Virus record (IMG/VR): IMGVR_UViG_3300029181_000111
DNA length: 5,638 nt
DNA from: a virus
Lineage: Duplodnaviria; Heunggongvirae; Uroviricota; Caudoviricetes
Reading direction: 5' to 3' (one strand)
Position numbers and translations under genes: made by a program. Below are positions 1-5,638 of this stretch, one piece after another. Within the stretch, counting starts at the first letter, position 1. The number at the start of each line of letters is the position of its first letter. Under the pieces are notes generated by a model, which did not search any database, was not told the DNA's origin, and worked only from the letters and a program-made list of their open reading frames with translations.

Positions 1-51
1 CTGACACCGTTGAATTATCTCGCCAAACAGCGACAAAAAGTGATGTGGTGA
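1..51 (+). CDS. Possible 3' end of an upstream AraC-family regulator gene (envY-like); 5' part lies outside the window
   Basis: Frame 1 reads LTPLNYLAKQRQKVMW then TGA at 49-51. The TP..Y spacing resembles the C-terminal G-x-TP-x-x-Y tail of AraC/XylS proteins (compare [10 protein letters not shown] at the AppY C-terminus in this window). Only 16 codons are visible, and frame 3 is also open here, so this is weak. Confidence 0.3.
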   Translation: MTPLNYLAKQRQKVMW

Positions 52-96
52 AGGGCAAAGCGGAAACGGATAAGACGGGCATAAATGAGGAAGAAA

Positions 97-141
97 TGGC
101 GCGCCCTGCAGGATTCGAACCTGCGGCCCACGACTTAGAAG
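97..141 (-). other. 3'-terminal 45 nt of tRNA-Arg(UCU) (argU) without the 5' half: prophage attachment-site core (attR-type remnant)
   Basis: Reverse complement of 97-141 is CTTCTAAGTCGTGGGCCGCAGGTTCGAATCCTGCAGGGCGCGCCA: anticodon loop with UCU, T-arm GGTTCGAATCC, acceptor 3' strand and CCA. Sequence beyond 141 (tRNA 5' side) does not continue as a D-arm or acceptor 5' strand, so this is a fragment, not a gene. Lambdoid prophage DLP12 is known to integrate into argU. Confidence 0.85.
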
Positions 142-464
142 TTCCTAGAACGACATTTTAAGTCAACAACTTACCGCGCCATCTCTGCGCTCACACGTCC
201 CACTACCTCAAAACATGTAAAGCCTTGCAAGCCATTGCGAGGCCTTATGTGTCTCAGTTTTGTCCCTCTTTTTTGTACTAAAAAACATAGTAATTGAGGA
301 TAAACCTCATGCTATTTTCGCTTATATGCCTCTAAAGGCATGGCACTTAAATAGATAAAAGCACCACAAAAGCATAAAAAAACCACACAGTAAAACCGAA
401 ATATGAAACAATAACAGATAATTAAACCAAAAACAGATAGCGCATTGTGATAATCATTCAATAC

Positions 465-481
465 TAAACAAAATATAAACA
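465..481 (-). promoter_or_regulatory. Candidate PhoP box (direct repeat TGTTTA-N5-TGTTTA read on the minus strand) upstream of ompT
   Basis: Plus strand 465-481 is TAAACAAAATATAAACA; reverse complement is TGTTTA-TATTT-TGTTTA, a perfect match to the (T/G)GTTTA-N5-(T/G)GTTTA PhoP consensus. It sits about 85-100 bp upstream of the ompT ATG. ompT is reported to be PhoPQ-regulated; function of this particular site is inferred. Confidence 0.45.
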
Positions 482-553
482 GTGGAGCAATATGTAATTG
501 ACTCATTAAGTTAGATATAAAAAATACATATTCAATCATTAAAACGATTGAAT

Positions 554-557
554 GGAG
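554..557 (+). promoter_or_regulatory. Shine-Dalgarno sequence (GGAG) for ompT
   Basis: GGAG lies 7 nt upstream of the ATG at 565. Confidence 0.7.
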
Positions 558-564
558 AACTTTT

Positions 565-624
565 ATGCGGGCGAAACTTCTGGGAATAGTCCTGACAACC
601 CCTATTGCGATCAGCTCTTTTGCT
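565..624 (+). other. ompT: OmpT signal peptide (predicted cleavage after Ala20, SFA/STE)
   Basis: N-terminal basic residues (R2, K4), a hydrophobic core, and A-x-A-like SFA before the mature N-terminus STETLSF. Confidence 0.8.
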
Positions 625-1518
625 TCTACCGAGACTTTATCGTTTACTCCTGACAACATAAATGCGGACATTAGTCTTGGAACTCTGAGCGGAAAAACAA
701 AAGAGCGTGTTTATCTAGCCGAAGAAGGAGGCCGAAAAGTCAGTCAACTCGACTGGAAATTCAATAACGCTGCAATTATTAAAGGTGCAATTAATTGGGA
801 TTTGATGCCCCAGATATCTATCGGGGCTGCTGGCTGGACAACTCTCGGCAGCCGAGGTGGCAATATGGTCGATCAGGACTGGATGGATTCCAGTAACCCC
901 GGAACCTGGACGGATGAAAGTAGACACCCTGATACACAACTCAATTATGCCAACGAATTTGATCTGAATATCAAAGGCTGGCTCCTCAACGAACCCAATT
1001 ACCGCCTGGGACTCATGGCCGGATATCAGGAAAGCCGTTATAGCTTTACAGCCAGAGGTGGTTCCTATATCTACAGTTCTGAGGAGGGATTCAGAGATGA
1101 TATCGGCTCCTTCCCGAATGGAGAAAGAGCAATCGGCTACAAACAACGTTTTAAAATGCCCTACATTGGCTTGACTGGAAGTTATCGTTATGAAGATTTT
1201 GAACTCGGTGGCACATTTAAATACAGCGGCTGGGTGGAATCATCTGATAACGATGAACACTATGACCCGGGAAAAAGAATCACTTATCGCAGTAAGGTCA
1301 AAGACCAAAATTACTATTCTGTTGCAGTCAATGCAGGTTATTACGTCACACCTAACGCAAAAGTTTATGTTGAAGGCGCATGGAATCGGGTTACGAATAA
1401 AAAAGGTAATACTTCACTTTATGATCACAATAATAACACTTCAGACTACAGCAAAAATGGAGCAGGTATAGAAAACTATAACTTCATCACTACTGCTGGT
1501 CTTAAGTACACATTTTAA
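565..1518 (+). CDS. ompT: Outer membrane protease OmpT (omptin family, protease VII), 317-aa precursor
   Basis: ORF of 317 aa with good RBS. The translation matches E. coli OmpT as I recall it, including signal peptide MRAKLLGIVLTTPIAISSFA, the catalytic Asp pair in VDQDWMD (precursor D103/D105) and the Asp/His pair in SDNDEHYD (precursor D230/H232), and a C-terminal aromatic residue (…GLKYTF) typical of beta-barrel outer membrane proteins. Confidence 0.97.
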   Translation: MRAKLLGIVLTTPIAISSFASTETLSFTPDNINADISLGTLSGKTKERVYLAEEGGRKVSQLDWKFNNAAIIKGAINWDLMPQISIGAAGWTTLGSRGGNMVDQDWMDSSNPGTWTDESRHPDTQLNYANEFDLNIKGWLLNEPNYRLGLMAGYQESRYSFTARGGSYIYSSEEGFRDDIGSFPNGERAIGYKQRFKMPYIGLTGSYRYEDFELGGTFKYSGWVESSDNDEHYDPGKRITYRSKVKDQNYYSVAVNAGYYVTPNAKVYVEGAWNRVTNKKGNTSLYDHNNNTSDYSKNGAGIENYNFITTAGLKYTF

Positions 1519-1534
1519 GAACGCCAACTAAAAT

Positions 1535-1563
1535 TTCCCCGAGGTGAAAATCGCCCCGGGGAA
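1535..1563. terminator. GC-rich hairpin in the convergent ompT/appY intergenic region; possible transcription terminator
   Basis: TTCCCCG (1535-1541) pairs with CGGGGAA (1557-1563), 7 bp with a 15-nt loop, 17 bp after the ompT stop. There is no U-tract on the plus strand; on the minus strand it is followed by AUUUUAG. Weak as a classical intrinsic terminator. Confidence 0.3.
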
Positions 1564-1767
1564 TAACTAGCCATTTCAATGTAACAATTAACCCTTAAAA
1601 TAAACCCAGAAGGTTATTAACTAAATCACATAGAAAACCATCAATTATAGTATGTATAAAATAGGCGACAGCAACCCAATTACAAATTAATGGTTCCAGA
1701 ATATCACATCAAAAAAAACGCTGTATAATATTATAATTAACATGTAGACAACTTGTAATAAACATTA

Positions 1768-2517
1768 TCAGTCAATTGTTTTGTTTATTCCATCTGTGAC
1801 GCCGATTATTTTCTCAAAATAATGAGATGGCGTGACACCATAATAATCTTTAAATGCACATATGAAATATGAAGTACTGTTATAGCCACATTTCTGGGCT
1901 ACGACATTGATAGAATAAGAGTTTGAAGTTATGAGTTTTTTTGCATACCTCATCCTAGTATCTCTCAATATTTCAGTAAATGACGTTCCTTCATCCCTTA
2001 ATCTTTTTTTTATTAAACTTTCACTCGTATAAATCAATTCCGCAATATCTTTTAAATGCCATTGCCGCTCAATATTAAAACTGATTATTCCAGTAATTTT
2101 ACAGGTAAATGTATTTATATTTGTTAGTATAAATGAATTTACACTTTCGCGTTTTTTGAACATGGCAAGTAAGGATATACATAGTCTTTCTTTTAACCAA
2201 AGGGAGTGTGAGTCTGCTATTTTAATCCCTTCAAACAGAGAAAAAACAAGCGATAATGGAGGTTCCTCTTCAGCAATATAGCCATTCTTATCAAGAGTAA
2301 ATTTGCCAGGCAGCTCATTATTCACGTCGATAAAAAAGGATAAACATGTTTTCTTATCTATATCAACAATTCTTAGTTTAGAGGGGCATACTGGTAACTC
2401 CCTTCTAATTTTGTCGCTTACAATAAACAATGAATTTTTTTTGAACGAGATAACTCTCCTGTTTATAATTAAATCAAATGATTGACAGATGAAAACTACG
2501 GAGCAAACATAATCCAT
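1768..2517 (-). CDS. appY: AraC-family transcriptional activator AppY (C-terminal HTH domain), 249 aa
   Basis: 249-aa ORF with ATG start and an AGGTG SD-like sequence upstream. The C-terminal region has AraC-type HTH signatures (…[25 protein letters not shown]…). It is convergent with ompT as in K-12 DLP12, and the sequence matches my recollection of AppY. The gene is very AT-rich. Confidence 0.9.
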
Positions 2518-3062
2518 CTTGCACCTATCATAAAATTAAAACAAGTTGATAGTAGTCAAATAACAACCAATTAAATACACAATCATAATCAGGATGATGT
2601 GCATTTATATTTTTATACACAAAATTATAGTTTGCAAATTTTAATAAATTTCATTTAAGATTAAATTATTATATGTATGTTGTTTTTTATTCTAACTTAT
2701 TTCAAAGTTACATTTTTCAACGCTTACTATGCTTTTTATTAACATAAACTCACTACAACGCACCTGAAACCTCTTGCTATATATATGTCAACCGTTTGAA
2801 TTTAAAATAAAAAGAGTATCATTTTTACTTGCATTTCTTATCAAGTCACATTCAACAACAGTAAAAAAACATTATTAGAACCATTCAATTAACAAAAAAC
2901 CAACATCCAGCTTGCTTAATTTTTCTTTATTAAACGATATTGAAAATCAATTGATAAAATACATCTAAACAACCTTTTGGGGCGCAAAAGCATAACATCA
3001 AACAAACAAATAACACACCGAAAAAACTCACAATTAATAACCTATGATATACATACTGTTTA

Positions 3063-3323
3063 TTATGGTTGAATAAGCCACTCGATATCTGGTGCTACGG
3101 AAGTGTCCACACGGTTTAGCAGCACCCGATACTTTTTTCAGGCTTCCAGCAACGATCTTTCTTCCTCCGTTGCGATTTCCAGATCTACAGCATCCTGCAG
3201 TGGCGCAATATACTCACTGAATTCCTGGATGTAGAACTGTGTGGTGACGGTCTTCCAGCCATTCGGCTCCTGCTGTATTGAAGCATACCAGGCTATTTCA
3301 ATATCGCTATGCTGCGGCAGCAT
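3063..3323 (-). pseudogene. tfaX: Tail fibre assembly protein remnant (tfaX-like); C-terminal Tfa homology interrupted by an in-frame TGA
   Basis: The 61-aa ORF 3138-3323 ends …[25 protein letters not shown], matching the intact Tfa in this window (…[29 protein letters not shown]…). At the position of Tfa Trp (TGG) this copy has TGA. Reading on in the same frame gives [20 protein letters not shown]… to a TAA at 3063-3065. The N-terminal part is diverged. Confidence 0.7.
3077..3219. repeat. Copy 1 of a 143-bp imperfect direct repeat (3' end of tfa-family genes)
   Basis: By hand alignment, 3077-3219 against 4124-4266 shows about 17 mismatches over 143 bp (about 88% identity) with no indels. 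Confidence 0.85.
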
Positions 3324-3461
3324 TTAACCCCTTGTAATTCATTGCCATAATTGATTTAATTCACAAATAAAACTATAACATGGTGAAATTAATAAAAAAA
3401 CACAGATGATGGGGCTAGAATTTACACACCACTTACCCTAAAGCTTTATGACTGGTGGGTT

Positions 3462-4046
3462 TTGGGAGTATCAAATCGGCTTGCATGGGGATGTCCTACA
3501 AAGGAACACCTTCTTCCACACTTTCTGGAACATTTAGGTAACAACCATCTGGATATTGGTGTTGGAACTGGGTTTTACCTTACTCACGTACCTGAGAGTA
3601 GTCTGATATCTTTAATGGATTTGAACGAAGCTAGCCTGAACGCGGCATCTACAAGGGCTGGGGAATCAAAAATTAAACATAAAATTAGCCATGATGTTTT
3701 TGAACCTTATCCCGCGGCGTTACATGGTCAATTTGATTCCATTTCCATGTCTTACCTTCTTCACTGCCTGCCTGGAAATATATCTACAAAAAGCTGTGTA
3801 ATACGCAATGCGGCGCAGGCCTTAACTGACGATGGAACTCTATACGGAGCCACAATTCTTGGCGATGGAGTTGTGCACAATAGCTTCGGTCAAAAACTGA
3901 TGCGCATTTACAATCAGAAAGGCATCTTTTCAAACACAAAAGATTCCGAAGAAGGCTTAACACATATACTCTCAGAGCATTTCGAGAATGTTAAAACCAA
4001 GGTTCAAGGTACTGTAGTAATGTTTTCCGCTTCAGGAAAAAAATAG
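3462..4046 (+). CDS. ybcY: Class I SAM-dependent methyltransferase (ybcY-like); start codon uncertain, possibly 5'-truncated or a pseudogene
   Basis: Motif I LDIGVGTG, an acidic residue after beta-2 (LISLMDLNE) and an FDSISMSYLLHCL motif-II-like segment. The ORF track starts at TTG 3462 with a poorly spaced SD. The same frame is open back to 3396 (…PLTLKLYDWWVLGVS…) with no in-frame ATG or GTG. ATG-ATG at 3406-3411 is one nucleotide out of frame. The position between tfa and tfaX matches ybcY of K-12 DLP12. Confidence 0.6.
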   Translation: MGVSNRLAWGCPTKEHLLPHFLEHLGNNHLDIGVGTGFYLTHVPESSLISLMDLNEASLNAASTRAGESKIKHKISHDVFEPYPAALHGQFDSISMSYLLHCLPGNISTKSCVIRNAAQALTDDGTLYGATILGDGVVHNSFGQKLMRIYNQKGIFSNTKDSEEGLTHILSEHFENVKTKVQGTVVMFSASGKK

Positions 4047-4086
4047 CATCCAACCGCAGCATGTTCTTGCTTAAGACGTGCTGCGG
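4038..4086 (-). terminator. Candidate intrinsic terminator downstream of tfa (minus-strand sense)
   Basis: Stem CCGCAGCATG (4054-4063) pairs with CGTGCTGCGG (4077-4086), 10 bp with one G-U pair and a 13-nt loop. On the minus strand it is followed by UUGGAUGCUAUUUUUUU. It lies between the convergent stops of tfa (4101) and ybcY (4046). Confidence 0.35.
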
Positions 4087-4100
4087 CATAATCCCAATGA

Positions 4101-4685
4101 TTACTCCCTGACAGGGTTCGTAGGCCACTCAATATCAGGTGCAGTTGATGTATCAACACGGTTCAGCAACACCCGATATTTTTTCCAGGCTTCCAGCAAT
4201 GAGGTTTCTTCCTCCGTTGCGATTTCCAGATCTACAGCATCCTGAAGTGGCGCAATATGCTCACTGGCTACCTGCATCAGGCTGTTTTTTGTTTCTTCCG
4301 CCTCCCGAATCCGGAACAGTTTTTCTGCTTCTGCATCTTTCACCCAGGCTGTACCGTTCCACTTCTGAAACTCCCCTTCCGGCGATAACCAGGTAACATT
4401 TTCCGGTAACGGACCGAGTTCAGAAATAAATAACGCGTCCCCTGACGCTACGTCATAAACCGTTTTACCCCGATGATCTTCAACGAGATGCCACGATGAC
4501 TCATCACTGTTGAAAACAGCCACGAAGCCAGCTGGAATATCTGGCGGTGCAATGTCGGTACTGTTTGCTGGCAGACCTGTATGAGGCGGAATATATGCAT
4601 CACCTTCACCAATAAATTCATTAGTTCCGGCCAGCAGATTATAAATTTTTATGGTCCGTGGTTGTTCACTCATTCTGAATGCCAT
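4101..4685 (-). CDS. tfaD: Tail fibre assembly protein Tfa (lambda Tfa-like), 194 aa, apparently intact
   Basis: The 194-aa ORF ([24 protein letters not shown]…[11 protein letters not shown]) closely matches lambda Tfa as recalled. Its ATG overlaps the upstream stf stop in the TAATG arrangement typical of stf-tfa. The symbol is assigned by position in DLP12 and is uncertain. Confidence 0.9.
   Translation of the reverse strand: MAFRMSEQPRTIKIYNLLAGTNEFIGEGDAYIPPHTGLPANSTDIAPPDIPAGFVAVFNSDESSWHLVEDHRGKTVYDVASGDALFISELGPLPENVTWLSPEGEFQKWNGTAWVKDAEAEKLFRIREAEETKNSLMQVASEHIAPLQDAVDLEIATEEETSLLEAWKKYRVLLNRVDTSTAPDIEWPTNPVRE
4124..4266. repeat. Copy 2 of the 143-bp imperfect direct repeat (3' end of the intact tfa)
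   Basis: See copy 1. This copy lies within the tfa coding sequence. Confidence 0.85.
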
Positions 4686-5548
4686 TATGCAAGCCTCACA
4701 ATATAGTTAAATGCGATGTTTTTGACGGTGTTTTCCGCGTTACCAGCAGCGTTAACGGTGATGGTGTGTCCATGTGAGCCAATCGCAACGGAGTGCGTAT
4801 GAGCACCAATACCGACAGTATGTGCATGTGCGCCTGCGCTTGCAGCAGTGCCGGACAGCGAGTGGGTATGAGCACCATCTGATGATGTCTTCCCTGCATT
4901 ACGAGTCTGGCCACTACCGCTTGTTGTGCTCATAATCCCCGCGCTCAGATTTGAAATCGCGGTATAACCATTAGGAAAAATGCTCGTATTCGTGCCACCA
5001 AATGCACCGGAACTCTTGTGTTGGTGCGCACCGGCACTATTTGCAGTCCCGCTAATACTATGGGTATGCGCCCCGGTGTTATTCGTGGATTTGGTTCCGT
5101 AATCAAACGACGATGTGTTTTTCGTCCCCAAATCCGTACTGGATGCGCTGGCGCTGTGGGTGTGCGATTTAATGCCGTCCTGTTCCTGAGACAATACGGC
5201 ACGACCACTGGCGGGTTTGCCCTTAATCGTCCAGCCACGCATAAGGGTGTTGCGCTGCTTATGCTCTATAAAGTAGGCATAAACACCCAGCAGCATTTTG
5301 GAATAACCGACACGGGCAGACTTCACCACATTCACCTCACGGATGTAGTCGCTGCCCATCGCATTCATGATGGCCCGCTGAAAGGGCAGTGTTTCCCAGC
5401 GCCCTTCCTGGTATGCGGATTCTTTCGGGAGATAGTAATTAGCATCCGCCCATTCAACGGCGGTCTGTGGCTCCGGCCTGAACAGTGAGCGAAGCCCGGC
5501 GCGGACAAAATGCCGCAGCCTGTTAACCTGACTGTTCGATATATTCAC
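4685..5548 (-). CDS. In-frame chimeric ORF: N-terminal ~103 aa of terminase large subunit (lambda gpA-like) fused to the C-terminal ~184 aa of a side tail fibre (Stf) receptor-binding region; deletion scar of a defective prophage
   Basis: The N-terminus [102 protein letters not shown] matches lambda gpA as recalled, with a GTG start overlapping the Nu1 stop. After …RNTL the sequence switches to Stf-like His/Gly/Ser-rich repeats ending …[31 protein letters not shown]. The junction is near nt 5240. It may correspond to the aaaD/stf remnant of K-12 DLP12, which I am not sure of. Confidence 0.85.
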   Translation of the reverse strand: MNISNSQVNRLRHFVRAGLRSLFRPEPQTAVEWADANYYLPKESAYQEGRWETLPFQRAIMNAMGSDYIREVNVVKSARVGYSKMLLGVYAYFIEHKQRNTLMRGWTIKGKPASGRAVLSQEQDGIKSHTHSASASSTDLGTKNTSSFDYGTKSTNNTGAHTHSISGTANSAGAHQHKSSGAFGGTNTSIFPNGYTAISNLSAGIMSTTSGSGQTRNAGKTSSDGAHTHSLSGTAASAGAHAHTVGIGAHTHSVAIGSHGHTITVNAAGNAENTVKNIAFNYIVRLA

Positions 5549-5638
5549 TCAGCAACCCCGGTATCAGTTCATCCAGCGCGGCTGCTTTGTTCATGGCTTT
5601 GATGATATCCCGTTTCAGGAAATCAACATGTCGGTTTT
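5523..5638 (-). CDS. nohD: 3' end of terminase small subunit gene (lambda Nu1 homologue); 5' part lies outside the window
   Basis: The minus-strand frame reads …[37 protein letters not shown] with TAA at 5523-5525, matching the lambda Nu1 C-terminus as recalled. The stop overlaps the start of the downstream A-like ORF, as in lambda. Confidence 0.8.
   Translation of the reverse strand, partial: NRHVDFLKRDIIKAMNKAAALDELIPGLLSEYIEQSG

Larger units (their letters stand above)
97..5638. mobile_element. Right-terminal portion of a defective lambdoid prophage (DLP12-like), from the attR core into the terminase genes; continues beyond the window end
   Basis: Partial argU att core at 97-141, then cargo genes ompT and appY, then phage late-gene remnants (tfa copies, stf C-terminus, terminase A N-terminus, Nu1 3' end) all on the minus strand. 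Head and tail genes are missing between A and stf. Confidence 0.85.

Noticed and set aside
97-180. A complete tRNA gene on the minus strand
   Set aside because: Only the 3' 45 nt (anticodon loop to CCA) match tRNA-Arg. The adjoining sequence (…GGCGCGGTAAGTTGTTGACTTAAAATGTCGTTCTAGGAA in tRNA sense) has no D-arm or acceptor 5' strand, so it is an att-site fragment and not a functional tRNA.
312-671. 119-aa minus-strand ORF overlapping the ompT promoter and start
   Set aside because: Low-complexity, Phe/Ile/Leu-rich translation of AT-rich DNA with no recognisable domain; it overlaps the ompT 5' region and RBS, so it is most likely a chance ORF.
715-1471. ORFs 715-1146 (-) and 1190-1471 (+) inside ompT
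   Set aside because: Antisense or alternative-frame ORFs wholly within the well-supported ompT coding sequence; no independent start signals or recognisable motifs.
2303-2485. 60-aa plus-strand ORF inside appY
   Set aside because: Antisense to appY, short, with no RBS or motif support.
3396-4046. The methyltransferase as part of a restriction-modification or other defence system
   Set aside because: Motifs fit a small-molecule or protein class I methyltransferase rather than a DNA methyltransferase; it is a single gene with no adjacent nuclease, ATPase or other partner ORF, and may itself be 5'-defective.
4139-4396. 85-aa plus-strand ORF inside tfa
   Set aside because: Antisense to the intact tfa gene; proline/leucine-rich chance ORF.
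3063-4685. An invertible tail-fibre host-range switch (Mu G-segment or e14 pin-like shufflon) formed by the two tfa copies
   Set aside because: The two tfa-derived segments are in direct, not inverted, orientation, and there is no invertase gene or recognisable crossover site in the window.
4696-5488. ORFs 4696-4914 (-), 4945-5238 (-) and 5018-5488 (+) within the A::stf region
   Set aside because: Alternative-frame and antisense ORFs in relatively GC-rich repetitive coding DNA. The frame giving terminase and tail-fibre homology is the only one with recognisable protein features.
1-5638. CRISPR arrays, insertion sequences or integrons
   Set aside because: No regularly spaced short direct repeats, no transposase-like ORF with terminal inverted repeats, and no integron-type recombination sites were seen. 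The only repeats are the tfa 3'-end duplication and the codon-level HxH repeats in stf.

Overview
This window looks like the right-hand end of the E. coli DLP12-type cryptic lambdoid prophage, read in reverse-complement orientation relative to the usual K-12 map. I do not see a previously undescribed system here; the calls below rest on my recall of the K-12, lambda and OmpT/AppY sequences, with no database search possible. Left to right: a short chromosomal flank (1-96); a 45-nt 3' fragment of tRNA-Arg (argU) on the minus strand (97-141), which is the prophage attachment-site core; the outer-membrane omptin protease gene ompT (565-1518, +); the AraC-family regulator appY (1768-2517, -) convergent with ompT; a long AT-rich appY upstream region (2518-3060); a decayed tail-fibre-assembly fragment tfaX (3063-3323, -); a class I SAM-dependent methyltransferase ORF with no conventional start, ybcY-like (3462-4046, +); an intact 194-aa tail fibre assembly gene tfa (4101-4685, -); an in-frame chimeric ORF joining the N-terminus of terminase large subunit (lambda gpA-like) to the C-terminal receptor-binding part of a side tail fibre (4685-5548, -), which is the deletion scar that removed the head and tail genes; and the 3' end of the terminase small subunit gene nohD/Nu1 (5523-5638, -, running off the window). 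Points worth a second look are the attR remnant, the in-frame A::stf fusion with seven HxH motifs, a 143-bp imperfect direct repeat of tfa 3' ends bracketing the methyltransferase, and a perfect PhoP-box-like repeat upstream of ompT. Six-frame ORFs that lie antisense to or in alternative frames of these genes are judged spurious.
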